A DNA stretch of 64,000 nt, taken from positions 18,884 to 82,883 of the forward strand of contig JAURLI010000003.1 of the NCBI GenBank assembly GCA_030831315.1. The letters run 5' to 3'. The stretch's first letter is position 1. Each line of letters opens with the position of its first letter. Position numbers and translations under genes: made by a program. The DNA comes from Alphaproteobacteria bacterium (GTDB taxonomy: Bacteria; Pseudomonadota; Alphaproteobacteria; SMXQ01). Below the pieces are notes generated by a model. That model was not told the DNA's origin. It made no database searches and saw only the letters and a list, made by a program, of their open reading frames with translations. This document shows, piece after piece, positions 38,964 through 49,034 of the stretch.

Positions 38964-39398
38964 ATGAAGAAGGGCAGGAACGCCTCCTCGGCGAAGGGGC
39001 CGAGCCAGCGCCAGTATCGTGTCGGCGAGGAACTGCGCCACGCGATCGCGCGCATCATCGAGCACGCCCATTTCCGCGACCCCGATCTCGCCGGCGTGCC
39101 GATCACCGTGACGGAAGTGCGAATCTCGCCTGACCTGCATAACGCCACCGCTTTCGTGACACCGCTCGGCGGTCGCGACATGGACAAGGTGGTGCCGGCG
39201 CTCAACCGCGCCTCCGGGTATTTCCGTCGCGAGCTCGCCCGCGAGGTCAACCTGCGTACGGTTCCGATCGTCCAGTTCGCGGCCGATCGTTCCTTCGATT
39301 ATTCCAGCCGGATCGAGGAAATTCTCGCCCGCCCCCAGGTCGCCCGCGACCTTGCAGGCGAAGACGGGGCGAAGGGCTCCGGCGAAGACGAGGACTAG
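38964..39398 (+). CDS. rbfA: ribosome-binding factor A
   Basis: 'RQYRVGEELRHAIARIIEH...VTVTEVRISPDLHNATAFV'. Confidence 0.9.
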   Translation: MKKGRNASSAKGPSQRQYRVGEELRHAIARIIEHAHFRDPDLAGVPITVTEVRISPDLHNATAFVTPLGGRDMDKVVPALNRASGYFRRELAREVNLRTVPIVQFAADRSFDYSSRIEEILARPQVARDLAGEDGAKGSGEDED

Positions 39399-40358
39399 GT
39401 GGGACGCCGGCGCAAGCCGCCCGAAGGTGCCAGCCGCCTCGACGGCTGGCTGGTGGTGGACAAGCCGCTGGGCATGACCTCGGCGCAGGTGGTGGCGGTG
39501 CTGCGCCGTACGCTCAAACCCCTGCGCATCGGCCATGCCGGAACCCTCGACCCGCTTGCCAGCGGCATCCTGCCGGTGGCGCTCGGCGAGGCGACCAAGA
39601 CCGTGGCTTATGCCATGGACGGCGATAAAACCTACCGGTTCACCCTGAAATTCGGCGAGCAGCGCAGCACCGATGACGCCGAGGGCGAGGCCGTGGCGAC
39701 CAGCCCGAATCGGCCGGAAACCGAGGAAATTCAAGCAGTTCTTGGAAATTTTGTCGGCCAGGTGCGGCAGCGGCCGCCGGCCTTCAGCGCGCTCAAGGTG
39801 GCCGGACGGCGTGCCTATGACCTGGCGCGCGCCGGGGAGGCCCCGGAACTTGCTGAAAGAACCATAGAAATCAAGGAGTTGATCTTGATTTCCCGGCCTG
39901 ACCCGGATCAGGCCGAATTTTCCGTCACCTGCGGCAAGGGGACCTATGTGCGAGCCCTTGCCCGCGATATTGCGCTGGCGCTCGGCACCGTCGGCCATGT
40001 CGCGGCGCTGCGCCGGACCCGGGTCGGGGCCTTCTCGGAAAACCTAGCGATTGCGCTGGATAATCTGGTTGCCTTGGGGCATAGTGCCGCCGCTTTCGAG
40101 CACCTGCTTCCGGTTGAAACCGCGCTGGACGACATCCCGGCACTGGCTCTGACCGGCGACCAGGCCGCCCTGTTGCGACAGGGACGCGCCATTGCGGTGC
40201 TCGGTACCGCGGGACTTGTGTCCCGGGACGGTGATGCGGGTTCGCCCGCGCCGCTTTCCGACGGAACGGTTCTCTGCGCAATGGAAGGGACACGGCCGGT
40301 GGCCTTGGCCCGCATTGATGCAGGACTTCTGCGCCCGGTACGCGTGTTGAACCTCTAA
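39399..40358 (+). CDS. truB: tRNA pseudouridine(55) synthase
   Basis: '[17 protein letters not shown]...[23 protein letters not shown]' (catalytic Asp). GTG start directly after the rbfA stop. Confidence 0.9.
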   Translation: MGRRRKPPEGASRLDGWLVVDKPLGMTSAQVVAVLRRTLKPLRIGHAGTLDPLASGILPVALGEATKTVAYAMDGDKTYRFTLKFGEQRSTDDAEGEAVATSPNRPETEEIQAVLGNFVGQVRQRPPAFSALKVAGRRAYDLARAGEAPELAERTIEIKELILISRPDPDQAEFSVTCGKGTYVRALARDIALALGTVGHVAALRRTRVGAFSENLAIALDNLVALGHSAAAFEHLLPVETALDDIPALALTGDQAALLRQGRAIAVLGTAGLVSRDGDAGSPAPLSDGTVLCAMEGTRPVALARIDAGLLRPVRVLNL

Positions 40359-40372
40359 CAATGGAGCATACG

Positions 40373-40642
40373 ATGTCGATTACGCCTGACCGTAAGAAGG
40401 CGCTCGTCAGCGAATACGCCAACGGCGCAAAAGATACCGGTTCCCCGGAAGTCCAGGTTGCGATCCTGTCTGAACGCATCGGTAACCTTACCGAACATCT
40501 GAAGGCCCATGGCCACGACTTTCATTCCCGTCGCGGCCTCCTCATGATGGTGTCGAAGCGCCGCCGGCTGCTCGACTATCTCAAAAACACGAACGAAGAC
40601 CGATACCAGAAGCTGATCGATCGCCTGGGACTCAGGCGCTAG
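40373..40642 (+). CDS. rpsO: 30S ribosomal protein S15
   Basis: 89 aa, '[47 protein letters not shown]'. Confidence 0.95.
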   Translation: MSITPDRKKALVSEYANGAKDTGSPEVQVAILSERIGNLTEHLKAHGHDFHSRRGLLMMVSKRRRLLDYLKNTNEDRYQKLIDRLGLRR

Positions 40643-40649
40643 CAAGGCT

Positions 40650-40671
40650 CCGGCCGCGAAGGCGCGGCCGG
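40650..40671 (+). promoter_or_regulatory. perfect 9-bp stem-loop in the rpsO-pnp spacer (likely RNase III processing / attenuation hairpin)
   Basis: CCGGCCGCG-aagg-CGCGGCCGG with no U-tract. The position matches the known rpsO-pnp leader processing site. Confidence 0.6.
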
Positions 40672-40729
40672 ACCCCGTGCGCGGCAGGGCCGCGCGTGGG
40701 GGAAGGTTGGTTGGAAGGAGAGAGAATCC

Positions 40730-42862
40730 ATGTTCAACGTCATTAAAAAAGAAATCGAATGGGGCGGGCGCAAGCTCACTCTTGAAACAGGCCGCATTGC
40801 CCGTCAGGCCGACGGCGCGGTGCTCGCGACCTACGGCGAAACGACCGTCCTCTGCACGGCCGTTGCCAACAAGGCGCCGAAACCCGGCATCGATTTCTTC
40901 CCCCTCACCGTCAATTACCAGGAAAAGATGTTCGCCGCGGGCAAGATCCCGGGCGGCTTCTTCAAGCGTGAAGGACGCCCGAGCGAGAAGGAGACGCTGA
41001 CTTCGCGCCTCATCGACCGGCCGATCCGTCCGCTGTTCCACCCGTCGTTCCGCAATGAAACCCAGGTTGTGTGCACCACCATCTGCCACGACATGGAGAA
41101 CGATCCCGATATCGTCGCCCTGATCGGCGCCTCGGCGGCGCTGACGCTGTCGGGCATTCCGTTCCTGGGCCCCATCGGCGCTGCGCGCGTCGGCTTCATC
41201 GACGGCAAGTACGTCCTTAACCCGCTGGTCGACGAGATGCCGAACACCCGTCTCGATCTGGTCGTCGCGGGCACCCAGGAAGGCGTGCTGATGGTCGAAT
41301 CCGAGGCCCATGAGCTGACCGAAGAGGAAATGCTCGGCGCCGTCATGTTCGGCCACCGCGAATTCCAGAAGGTCATCAACGCGATCATCGAAATGGCCGA
41401 GCAGGCCGCGAAGGAGCCTTGGGCGCTGCCCCAGGCCGCACCCGAAGCGGAAGCCATCGAAAAGCGCGTGCGCGAACTGGCCGAGGCCGGCCTGCGCGAT
41501 GCCTACAAGGAAGTCGACAAGACCAAGCGCCGCGACGGCATCGACACGGTCAAGGCCGAGGTCAAGGCCAAGCTCGAAGCCGAGGAAATCACCGGCGACG
41601 CTGTCGGCCATGCCTTCAAGCATCTGGAGAAGGACATCGTCCGTCTCGCCATCCTCGATACCGGCTCGCGCATCGACGGCCGCGACACCAAGACGGTGCG
41701 CCCGATCAACGTGCAGGTCGGCGTGCTGCCGCGTGCACACGGTTCCGCCCTGTTCACCCGCGGTGAGACCCAGGTGCTCAACGTCACCACGCTCGGCACC
41801 GGCCAGGACGAGCAGATCATCGATGCGCTCGACGGCGACTACCGCGAGCACTTCATGCTGCATTACAACTTCCCGCCCTACTCGGTCGGTGAAGCTGGCC
41901 GCATGGGTAGCCCGGGCCGTCGTGAAATCGGCCACGGCAAGCTTGCCTGGCGCGCGGTACATCCGCTGCTCCCCGCCAAGGAAGACTTCCCCTACACCAT
42001 CCGCGTCGTGTCGGAAGTGACGGAATCGAACGGCTCGTCCTCGATGGCGACCGTTTGCGGCTCCTCGCTGTCGATGATGGACGCGGGCGTGCCGCTCAAG
42101 AAGCCGGTCGCCGGCATCGCCATGGGCCTGATCAAGGAAGGCGAGCGTTTCGCCGTCCTGACGGACATCCTCGGCGACGAAGATCATCTCGGCGACATGG
42201 ACTTCAAGGTGGCCGGTACCGATCAGGGCATCACCAGCCTGCAGATGGACATCAAGATCACCTCGATCACCGAGGAGATCATGAAGATCGCCCTGGCGCA
42301 GGCCCACGACGGACGCATTCATATCCTCGGCGAAATGTCGAAGGCTCTGAACAGCGCCCGCGAGGAAGTCTCCGGCAATGCCCCGCGCATCACCACCATT
42401 TCCATTCCGAAGGACAAGATCCGCGAAGTCATCGGCACCGGCGGCAAGGTCATTCGCGAGATTTGCGAGACCACCGGCGCGAAGATCGACATCGAGGACG
42501 ATGGCACCATCAAGGTTGCCGCCGTCGACGGTGAGGCCTCCGACAAGGCGATCCAGTGGATCAAGTCGATCGTCGCCGAACCGGAAGTCGGCGTGGTCTA
42601 TACGGGCAAGGTCGTGAAGGTCGTTGATTTCGGCGCCTTCGTGAACTTCCTCGGCGCGCGTGACGGGCTCGTGCACATCTCTGAGCTCGCTCAGGGCCGC
42701 ACGAAGAAAGTCACCGACGTCGTCAACGAAGGCGACATGGTGAAGGTAAAGGTTCTCGGCATCGATGATCGCGGCAAGGTTCGCCTGAGCATGCGCGTCG
42801 TCGATCAGGAGACCGGCGCCGACCTGTCTGACGAGGCCGGTGACACGCCGGCCGCGGAATAA
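40730..42862 (+). CDS. pnp: polyribonucleotide nucleotidyltransferase (PNPase)
   Basis: Two RNase PH domains, a KH domain and an S1 domain. '[31 protein letters not shown]'. Confidence 0.95.
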   Translation: MFNVIKKEIEWGGRKLTLETGRIARQADGAVLATYGETTVLCTAVANKAPKPGIDFFPLTVNYQEKMFAAGKIPGGFFKREGRPSEKETLTSRLIDRPIRPLFHPSFRNETQVVCTTICHDMENDPDIVALIGASAALTLSGIPFLGPIGAARVGFIDGKYVLNPLVDEMPNTRLDLVVAGTQEGVLMVESEAHELTEEEMLGAVMFGHREFQKVINAIIEMAEQAAKEPWALPQAAPEAEAIEKRVRELAEAGLRDAYKEVDKTKRRDGIDTVKAEVKAKLEAEEITGDAVGHAFKHLEKDIVRLAILDTGSRIDGRDTKTVRPINVQVGVLPRAHGSALFTRGETQVLNVTTLGTGQDEQIIDALDGDYREHFMLHYNFPPYSVGEAGRMGSPGRREIGHGKLAWRAVHPLLPAKEDFPYTIRVVSEVTESNGSSSMATVCGSSLSMMDAGVPLKKPVAGIAMGLIKEGERFAVLTDILGDEDHLGDMDFKVAGTDQGITSLQMDIKITSITEEIMKIALAQAHDGRIHILGEMSKALNSAREEVSGNAPRITTISIPKDKIREVIGTGGKVIREICETTGAKIDIEDDGTIKVAAVDGEASDKAIQWIKSIVAEPEVGVVYTGKVVKVVDFGAFVNFLGARDGLVHISELAQGRTKKVTDVVNEGDMVKVKVLGIDDRGKVRLSMRVVDQETGADLSDEAGDTPAAE

Positions 42863-42917
42863 CCGAGTGTCCGGCGGGGCTTGGCCCCGCCGGACATAAA
42901 AACGGGACCCGCAGAAG

Positions 42918-44315
42918 ATGAAGGCTTTGCGTTCGCTGATCATTTCGGGTGAGGAAGTCCTGCCGCTCGTCGAGGGTGGCAAGGGGATTGCCGTATCCAA
43001 CGGGGAAAGCTCCGGCGCCTGGGCGGCGTCGGGCGGCGTCGGTACGTTCTCGGGCGTCAATGCCGATGCCCGCGACGACAAGGGCGAACTGATCCCGGTC
43101 GTCTACCACGGCCGCACCCGGCGCGAACGCCACGAAGAGCTCCTCTCCTATTCGATCCAAGGCGGCATCACCCAGGCCCGCATCGCCCACGAGACGCGCG
43201 CCGGCAAGGGCCGCATCCACATGAACATCCTGTGGGAAATGGGCGGCGCCGAGCGCGTGCTGAAGGGCGTTCTGGAAGGGGCCAAGGGCCTCATTCACGG
43301 CGTCACCTGCGGCGCCGGCATGCCCTACCGCATGGCCGAAATCTGCGCCGAATACGGCGTCTACTATTATCCGATCGTGTCGTCGGCACGCGCATTCCGC
43401 GCCCTGTGGAAGCGCGCCTATCACAAGTTCGCCAATCTTCTGGGCGGCGTGGTCTACGAAGACCCGTGGCTTGCCGGCGGGCACAACGGACTTTCCAACG
43501 TCGAAGATCCCAACCAGCCGCAGGATCCGCTGCCGCGGGTGCGCGACCTGCGCGCGCTGATGCGCGAATGCGGCCTCGATCAAACCCCGATCATCATGGC
43601 GGGCGGCGTGTGGCGCCTCGACGAATGGGAAGACTGGCTCGACAATCCCGAGCTTGGCCCCGTTGCCTTCCAGTTCGGCACCCGCCCGTTGCTGACCAAG
43701 GAAAGCCCGATCTCGGACGAATGGAAGCAGAAGCTGCTGACCCTCAAGGAAGGCGACGTTTACCTCAACCGTTTCTCGCCGACCGGGTTTTATTCCTCGG
43801 CCGTGTCCAATCCCTTCCTGCGCGAGCTGAAAGAGCGCTCCGAACGTCAGGTCGCCTACAGCCATGAACCGGTCGGCGAACACGACACCGAATTCGCCGT
43901 CGGTGCCCGCGGGCGCAAGGTCTATCTGACGGCCCACGATCGCGACCGCGCGGTGGGCTGGGTCGCCGAAGGTTATACGGAAGCCCTGCGCACCCCCGAT
44001 TCGACCCTGGTCTTTGTCACCCCGCCGCGTTCACGCGAAATTCGCAAGGACCAGATCGACTGCATGGGCTGCCTCAGCGCCTGCAATTTCTCGAACTGGG
44101 CCCAGAACGAGGCAGGCACCACCGGGCGCAAGGCCGACCCGCGATCCTATTGCATCCAGAAGACCCTGCAGGCGATCAGCCACACGGCCGACGTCGACAA
44201 CCAGCTGATGTTCGCCGGCCATAACGCTTTCCGCTTCCGCACCGATCCCTATTACGCCAACGGCTTCATCCCGACTGTGCGGGAATTGGTGGGCCGGTTG
44301 TGTACCGGTGCCTAA
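42918..44315 (+). CDS. nitronate monooxygenase (2-nitropropane dioxygenase, NMO/FabK-like) family FMN oxidoreductase, long form
   Basis: 'PLVEGGKGIAVSNGESSGAWAASGGVGTFSG...IMAGGVWRLDEW' TIM-barrel NMO motifs. C-terminal 'CMGCLSACN' cysteine cluster. Confidence 0.75.
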   Translation: MKALRSLIISGEEVLPLVEGGKGIAVSNGESSGAWAASGGVGTFSGVNADARDDKGELIPVVYHGRTRRERHEELLSYSIQGGITQARIAHETRAGKGRIHMNILWEMGGAERVLKGVLEGAKGLIHGVTCGAGMPYRMAEICAEYGVYYYPIVSSARAFRALWKRAYHKFANLLGGVVYEDPWLAGGHNGLSNVEDPNQPQDPLPRVRDLRALMRECGLDQTPIIMAGGVWRLDEWEDWLDNPELGPVAFQFGTRPLLTKESPISDEWKQKLLTLKEGDVYLNRFSPTGFYSSAVSNPFLRELKERSERQVAYSHEPVGEHDTEFAVGARGRKVYLTAHDRDRAVGWVAEGYTEALRTPDSTLVFVTPPRSREIRKDQIDCMGCLSACNFSNWAQNEAGTTGRKADPRSYCIQKTLQAISHTADVDNQLMFAGHNAFRFRTDPYYANGFIPTVRELVGRLCTGA

Positions 44316-44445
44316 AAAGCCGTATAACCGTTCCAAACAACGGGTTAGCTTTTTGTAATTTTAGGGGTTTATTTTTCCGGCCCGTGCCCCTATATGTTTT
44401 GCGAATGTTTTGCATCAGCGGCCCGCGCCGCTTTTGGATGAACCG

Positions 44446-44877
44446 ATGGTCCAGTCTCATACCCATGCGCCGCGTCCCTATGCCCAGGTGCTTGACCGCC
44501 TGAAGCAGGCCGGTCTGCGCCCGACGCGCCAGCGTATCGCGCTGGCCAAGCTGCTGTGTGATGCGGGCGATTGCCATTTCACGGCGGAAGACCTGCACGG
44601 CAAGGCGCTCTCGGCTGGCGTGCGGGTGTCGCTGGCGACCATCTACAACACCCTGCACCAGTTCACCCATGCCGGGATGCTGCGTGAAATCGTGGTGTCG
44701 CCGGGTTCGAGCTACTTCGACACCAACGTTTCAGATCACCACCACTTCTTTCACGAAGACCGCAGCGAGCTTTCCGACATCGCTGGCGAAGACGTGGTGA
44801 TCGCGGCAATCCCGAAGCCCCCGGCGGGCACCTCGGTTGACCGCGTGGACGTCATTATCCGCGTCCGCGGCCGTTAA
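44446..44877 (+). CDS. irr: iron response regulator Irr (Fur family)
   Basis: Collinear with Bradyrhizobium/Rhizobium Irr: 'GLRPTRQRIALAKLL', 'SLATIYNTLHQFTHAGMLRE', 'YFDTNVSDHHHFFHE' (HHH motif). The ORF opens at 44410; the ATG at 44446 is the more likely start. Confidence 0.85.
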   Translation: MVQSHTHAPRPYAQVLDRLKQAGLRPTRQRIALAKLLCDAGDCHFTAEDLHGKALSAGVRVSLATIYNTLHQFTHAGMLREIVVSPGSSYFDTNVSDHHHFFHEDRSELSDIAGEDVVIAAIPKPPAGTSVDRVDVIIRVRGR

Positions 44878-44911
44878 TAATTCCCCGTGATTTCAGAACA
44901 ATAAAAATTAG

Positions 44912-44928
44912 TTTAGAGGACTTCTAAA
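44912..44928 (+). promoter_or_regulatory. Irr box / iron control element (ICE) upstream of the rubrerythrin operon
   Basis: TTTAGAG-GAC-TTCTAAA differs from the ICE consensus TTTAGAA-N3-TTCTAAA at one position. It lies 4 nt upstream of the -35 element. Confidence 0.75.
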
Positions 44929-44931
44929 CTG

Positions 44932-44960
44932 TTGACGAAGCCCTTCGCGCAGCCTATATA
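44932..44960 (+). promoter_or_regulatory. sigma70-type promoter of the rubrerythrin operon
   Basis: TTGACG - 17 nt - TATATA, about 100 nt upstream of the rubrerythrin ATG. Confidence 0.6.
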
Positions 44961-45063
44961 GGATGCGTGAGCTTTTTCGCGGGTTCATCCGACTTGTCGG
45001 TCCGCCCGTATCAGCGTTCATCAGCGTCAGTTCATCGCAAGCCAAAATCGGAGGAGAACCAAT

Positions 45064-45486
45064 ATGGCATCGTTGAAAGGATCCAAGACCGAAGGCAACC
45101 TGAAGGCCGCATTCGCGGGCGAATCTCAGGCCAACCGCCGCTATCTCTATTTCGCGCAGAAGGCCGACGTCGAAGGCTTCAATGACGTCTCGGCGGTCTT
45201 CCGCTCCACCGCCGAAGGCGAAACCGGCCATGCCCACGGCCATCTCGAATTCCTCGAGGTCTGTGGCGACCCCGCCACCGGTGAGCCGATCGGCGACACC
45301 ACGAAGAACCTGAAGGCGTCCATCGCGGGTGAAACCCACGAGTACACCGACATGTATCCGTCGATGGCCAAGACCGCCCGCACCGAGGGCTTCGAGGAAA
45401 TCGCCGACTGGTTCGAAACCCTGGCGAAGGCTGAAAAGTCCCACGCCGGCCGCTTCCAGCGCGCTCTCGACACCCTGGGCAAGTAA
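45064..45486 (+). CDS. rubrerythrin-family diiron protein (erythrin-like, no rubredoxin domain)
   Basis: Ferritin-like four-helix core with E/H ligand pairs: '[25 protein letters not shown]', '[13 protein letters not shown]', '[14 protein letters not shown]', '[10 protein letters not shown]'. Strong Shine-Dalgarno GGAGGAG. Confidence 0.85.
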   Translation: MASLKGSKTEGNLKAAFAGESQANRRYLYFAQKADVEGFNDVSAVFRSTAEGETGHAHGHLEFLEVCGDPATGEPIGDTTKNLKASIAGETHEYTDMYPSMAKTARTEGFEEIADWFETLAKAEKSHAGRFQRALDTLGK

Positions 45487-45638
45487 GTCCAGCCGCGTAT
45501 CGCCGGGCGGCGCAGCCGCCCGGCGGATCGCTGCACCCTGTAAACTTTAGTCTTAGGCATTCATAATGCCGGAAGGGGTCGCTTCCGGCAGTGGGGCTGA
45601 CGTGTCCCCGCAAAGTCGAAAACGGAACGAGGTTGATC

Positions 45639-47015
45639 ATGGCTGTAGAAGGTGGTTTGGGCGCGCCCGTGCGCCACGCGATTGACTGGAACGATCCCGA
45701 CTTCTTCGACGAGGAGAAGCTCGACGCCGAACTGCGCCGGGTCTTCGACATCTGTCATGGCTGCCGGCGCTGCTTCAACCTGTGCGATTCCTTTCCGCGC
45801 CTGTTCGACCTGATCGACGAATCCAAAACGGGCGAACTCGATTCCGTTTCCAGCGACGATTTCAAGCCGGTGGTGGATGCCTGCACGCTCTGCGACATGT
45901 GCTTCATGACGAAGTGCCCCTACGTGCCCCCCCACGAATTCAACCTCGACTTCCCGCATCTGATGCTGCGCTATCGCGCGGTCGAATTGAAAAAGGGCGA
46001 GGTCGGCTTCGCCGAAAGCCAGCTCACCGAAACGGACCGCAACGGCAAGCTCGCCGGTGCGGTGGCGCCTGTCGCCAACTGGGCATCGAAAACCGGCAAC
46101 GGCCTGACGCGCCCCGTTCTGCAGGCGGTCGCCGGTGTCGATGCGCGTGTCGACCTGCCAAAGTTCCACGGCAAGACCTTCACCGCGCGGGCCAAGACCG
46201 ACAAGCCCGCGATCAATGCCGAGGCTCCCGCCCACGGCCGCAAGGCGATCCTGTTCGCGACCTGCTTCGTCAACTACAACAACCCCGGCATCGGCGAGGC
46301 GGCCCTTGCGGTGCTCGCGAAAAACGGCGTCGAAACCGAGGTCGGCTATCCCGGCTGCTGCGGCATGCCGCAGCTCGAGCACGGCGATCTCGCGCGCGTC
46401 GCCGAAAATGCCCGCCGCACCGCCGCCTATTTCGGCCCCTGGATCGACAAGGGCTACGACGTGGTGGCGCTGACGCCGTCCTGCGCCCTGATGTTGAAAT
46501 TCGAATGGCCCCTGATCGTGCCCAAGGACGATCCCGCCTATGATGCGGTGGTGAAGCTGTCGAAGGCGACGCGCGACATTTCCGAATACGTCGTCGATAT
46601 CGCCGACAAGGAAGGCCTGGCGCCGGGCATGCAGCCGGTGGACGGCGGCATCACGCTGCATCTCGCTTGCCACGCACGTGCCCAGAACCTCGGTCCCAAG
46701 GCCGCCGACATGCTCAAGCGCATTCCGGGATCGGACGTTTCCGTGATCGAGCGCTGCTCGGGCCACGGCGGTTCTTGGGGCATCCTCAAGGACAACTTCG
46801 ATACCGCGCTGAAGGTCGGCAAGCCTGTCGCCCGCAAGGCATTGGAGGAAGGCAAGGCCTATGTCGCTTCCGAATGCCCGCTTGCCGCCAAGCACGTGGT
46901 GCAGGGCATGAAGATGCTGGATGGCGCCAACGTGAAGGTCGAAGCACCTTCGCACCCGATCGAGATTTTCGCCCGCGCCTACGGGATCGGCGCCGCGGGC
47001 ACCGACAAAAAGTAG
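45639..47015 (+). CDS. Fe-S oxidoreductase with a 2x[4Fe-4S] ferredoxin domain plus CCG domains (GlpC / HdrD-like)
   Basis: 'CHGCRRCFNLC' and 'CTLCDMCFMTKCP' cluster motifs. 'GYPGCCGMP' CCG motif. Confidence 0.8.
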   Translation: MAVEGGLGAPVRHAIDWNDPDFFDEEKLDAELRRVFDICHGCRRCFNLCDSFPRLFDLIDESKTGELDSVSSDDFKPVVDACTLCDMCFMTKCPYVPPHEFNLDFPHLMLRYRAVELKKGEVGFAESQLTETDRNGKLAGAVAPVANWASKTGNGLTRPVLQAVAGVDARVDLPKFHGKTFTARAKTDKPAINAEAPAHGRKAILFATCFVNYNNPGIGEAALAVLAKNGVETEVGYPGCCGMPQLEHGDLARVAENARRTAAYFGPWIDKGYDVVALTPSCALMLKFEWPLIVPKDDPAYDAVVKLSKATRDISEYVVDIADKEGLAPGMQPVDGGITLHLACHARAQNLGPKAADMLKRIPGSDVSVIERCSGHGGSWGILKDNFDTALKVGKPVARKALEEGKAYVASECPLAAKHVVQGMKMLDGANVKVEAPSHPIEIFARAYGIGAAGTDKK

Positions 47016-47044
47016 GAACAGACGTTATGGATGGAGGTCATCAG

Positions 47045-47635
47045 ATGCCCGCGGCCCGCAAGATCACCCGTGACGACATCATGGACATGGGCGCTTACGC
47101 CAAGGTGCGCGCCGAGCGCCGCCGTGCCATGGCTGCGGCCAAGCGCAACCGCCGGGTTTCCGTCGGTCCGCACGTGACCTTTTATTTTGAAAGCCACGCC
47201 ACGATGCTGCATCAGATCCACGAGATGCTGTTCATCGAAAAGGGCGGCGAGGAACAGGTTGCTGACGAGCTTGCGGCCTACAACCCGCTCATCCCCCAGG
47301 GCCGCGAGCTGGTGGCGACGATGATGATCGAATACGAAGACCCCGCGGTACGTGACCGTGAACTGCGCCGCCTTACCTTCATCGAAACGACGGTGACCCT
47401 TTCCATCGGCGGCGAGGACATCAAGGCCGAGGCCGAGGTCGATGTCGAGCGCACCAAGGCCGATGGCAAGACTTCGGCGATTCACTTCCTGCGTTTTCCG
47501 CTGACTGACACCCAGGCTGCTGCTTTCAAGACGGCGGGCACGCGCATCGTGCTGGGCATAGGCCATGAAAACTACGGCCACATGGCGGTCGTCAACGAAG
47601 CGACGCGCGCAGCCTTGGCCGAAGATCTGGCCTGA
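47045..47635 (+). CDS. DUF3501-like protein of unknown function
   Basis: ~196 aa with no recognisable catalytic motif. ATG 7 nt after GGAGG. The family assignment is from memory of the conserved neighbourhood (rubrerythrin + CCG Fe-S protein + DUF3501). Confidence 0.6.
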   Translation: MPAARKITRDDIMDMGAYAKVRAERRRAMAAAKRNRRVSVGPHVTFYFESHATMLHQIHEMLFIEKGGEEQVADELAAYNPLIPQGRELVATMMIEYEDPAVRDRELRRLTFIETTVTLSIGGEDIKAEAEVDVERTKADGKTSAIHFLRFPLTDTQAAAFKTAGTRIVLGIGHENYGHMAVVNEATRAALAEDLA

Positions 47636-47652
47636 TCCGTTTCGGGTTTCGT

Positions 47653-47686
47653 AAAAAAAGCCCCGGACTCGTTCCGGGGCTTTTTC
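47653..47686. terminator. bidirectional rho-independent terminator between the DUF3501 gene and the convergent SH3b gene
   Basis: AAAAAAA-GCCCCGGA-ctcgt-TCCGGGGC-TTTTT. Confidence 0.85.
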
Positions 47687-47687
47687 A

Positions 47688-48233
47688 TTAATCGACTTTT
47701 TCGTTGGGCAGGGTGCCCCAGATCGTCGCGCGCGGGGTCCAGCCCTTGATGCCGCGCATCTCGACGCGGCACCAGCCGCCCTCGCAGGCGAGCAGCCTTG
47801 CAACCACGCCCGGTTCGGCGCGTGCGAGTGCCGGGGCAGCGCTTTCCGGGGCACGCCGCAGCACCGTATCGTCGGCGACGGTGATCGCGGTGCGCCTGCC
47901 CGCCAGCATGGCGCGATGCACCCAGCCGATGGTGCCGTTCCAGTCACGCACTTTCCGCCAGGCGTCGAACTCGGCGACGATCTGCACCGGCAGGCCGCGG
48001 CGGCGGTAGATCCATTCCACGGGGTAGCGCGTGCCGGGCCCGGCACGCATGTAAACCTCGCCCGCGCGCAGGCTGGCGAAGCGCGGCAGCGGCAGGCCGG
48101 TGCGCTTCACGGCCGTTTTCGGCCCGGCGGGCTTGTCGCCCTCGTTTTCGTTTTGCGCCGTGGCCGGGAAGCCCGCGCAAGCGAGACCCGCTGCGAGCAG
48201 CACTGCGACGATGACGCTGCGCTTACGCGCCAT
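47688..48233 (-). CDS. secreted SH3b-like (DUF1058-type) domain protein
   Basis: Signal peptide 'MARKRSVIVAVLLAAGLACAGFPATA'. Two SH3b-like repeats ('GEVYMRAGPGTRYPVEWIY', 'GWCRVEMRGIKGW'). Confidence 0.6.
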   Translation of the reverse strand: MARKRSVIVAVLLAAGLACAGFPATAQNENEGDKPAGPKTAVKRTGLPLPRFASLRAGEVYMRAGPGTRYPVEWIYRRRGLPVQIVAEFDAWRKVRDWNGTIGWVHRAMLAGRRTAITVADDTVLRRAPESAAPALARAEPGVVARLLACEGGWCRVEMRGIKGWTPRATIWGTLPNEKVD

Positions 48234-49020
48234 GCCGGAACAGGTCCGTGATGGTGGGGTTCTCGCCGCAGAGCGCGCAGGCCGGGTCGGGGCGTGCCTT
48301 GATGCGGCGGAACGTCGCGCCCAGCATGTCCATGACGACGAGCGAGCCGGCCAGGCTTTCGCCAAGACCAAGCAGTTCCTTGATGACTTCCGTCGCCTGC
48401 AGGCAGCCGACGACGCCCGCGACCGCGCCCAGCACGCCGCCTTCGGCGCAGGTCGGGATCAGTCCTTCGGGGGGCGGAGCCGGAAAGATGCAGCGGTAGC
48501 AGGGCTTGCCGTCTTCGAAAGCGCGGAAGGTGGCGACCTGACCCTCGAAACGCAGAAGCGCCGCCGATACCAGTGGCTTGCGGGCAAGGTAGCAGGCATC
48601 GTTGAGCAGGAACCGGGTGGCGAAATTGTCCGACCCGTCGGCGACGATGTCGTATCCCGCGATCAGGTCCATGACGTTGCCCGCGCCGAGCCGCAGGGCA
48701 TGGGCCTCGACCTTGATATCGGGATTGATCGCCTTGATCGCCTTGGCGGCGCTTTCGACCTTGGGCGTGCCGATGCGTTCCGTCGCGTGGATGACCTGGC
48801 GCTGCAGGTTCGACAGGTCCACGGCGTCGTCATCGACGATGCCGATGCGCCCGACACCGGCGGCGCCCAGATACATCAGCAACGGCGAGCCCAGTCCGCC
48901 CGCGCCGATCACCAGCACCGAGGATTTCAGCAGCTTTTCCTGACCCTTGCCGCCAAGTTCCGGCAGGATGATGTGGCGCGCGTAGCGCTCAAGCTGCTGG
49001 TCGGTGAATTCGAAGGTCAT
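48223..49020 (-). CDS. moeB: ThiF/MoeB/HesA-family E1-like adenylyltransferase (molybdopterin-synthase adenylyltransferase-like), no rhodanese domain
   Basis: 'YARHIILPELGGKGQEKLLKSSVLVIGAGGLGSPLLMYLGAAGVG' nucleotide-binding motif. Two CxxC pairs ('CYRC', 'CALC'). Confidence 0.85.
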   Translation of the reverse strand: MTFEFTDQQLERYARHIILPELGGKGQEKLLKSSVLVIGAGGLGSPLLMYLGAAGVGRIGIVDDDAVDLSNLQRQVIHATERIGTPKVESAAKAIKAINPDIKVEAHALRLGAGNVMDLIAGYDIVADGSDNFATRFLLNDACYLARKPLVSAALLRFEGQVATFRAFEDGKPCYRCIFPAPPPEGLIPTCAEGGVLGAVAGVVGCLQATEVIKELLGLGESLAGSLVVMDMLGATFRRIKARPDPACALCGENPTITDLFRHGA

Positions 49021-49034
49021 CTGCGGGTGCTGGC

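Noticed and set aside
42868-42900. Terminator after pnp
   Set aside because: Strong hairpin (GTCCGGCGGGGC...GCCCCGCCGGAC), but it is followed by an A-tract, not a U-tract, on the coding strand. It may be a stabilising stem-loop rather than an intrinsic terminator.
40355-43081. 908-aa minus-strand ORF
   Set aside because: It lies entirely antisense to pnp and is Arg/Ala/Gly/Asp-rich with no motifs. This is a typical high-GC antisense frame artefact. The pnp frame has unambiguous PNPase domains.
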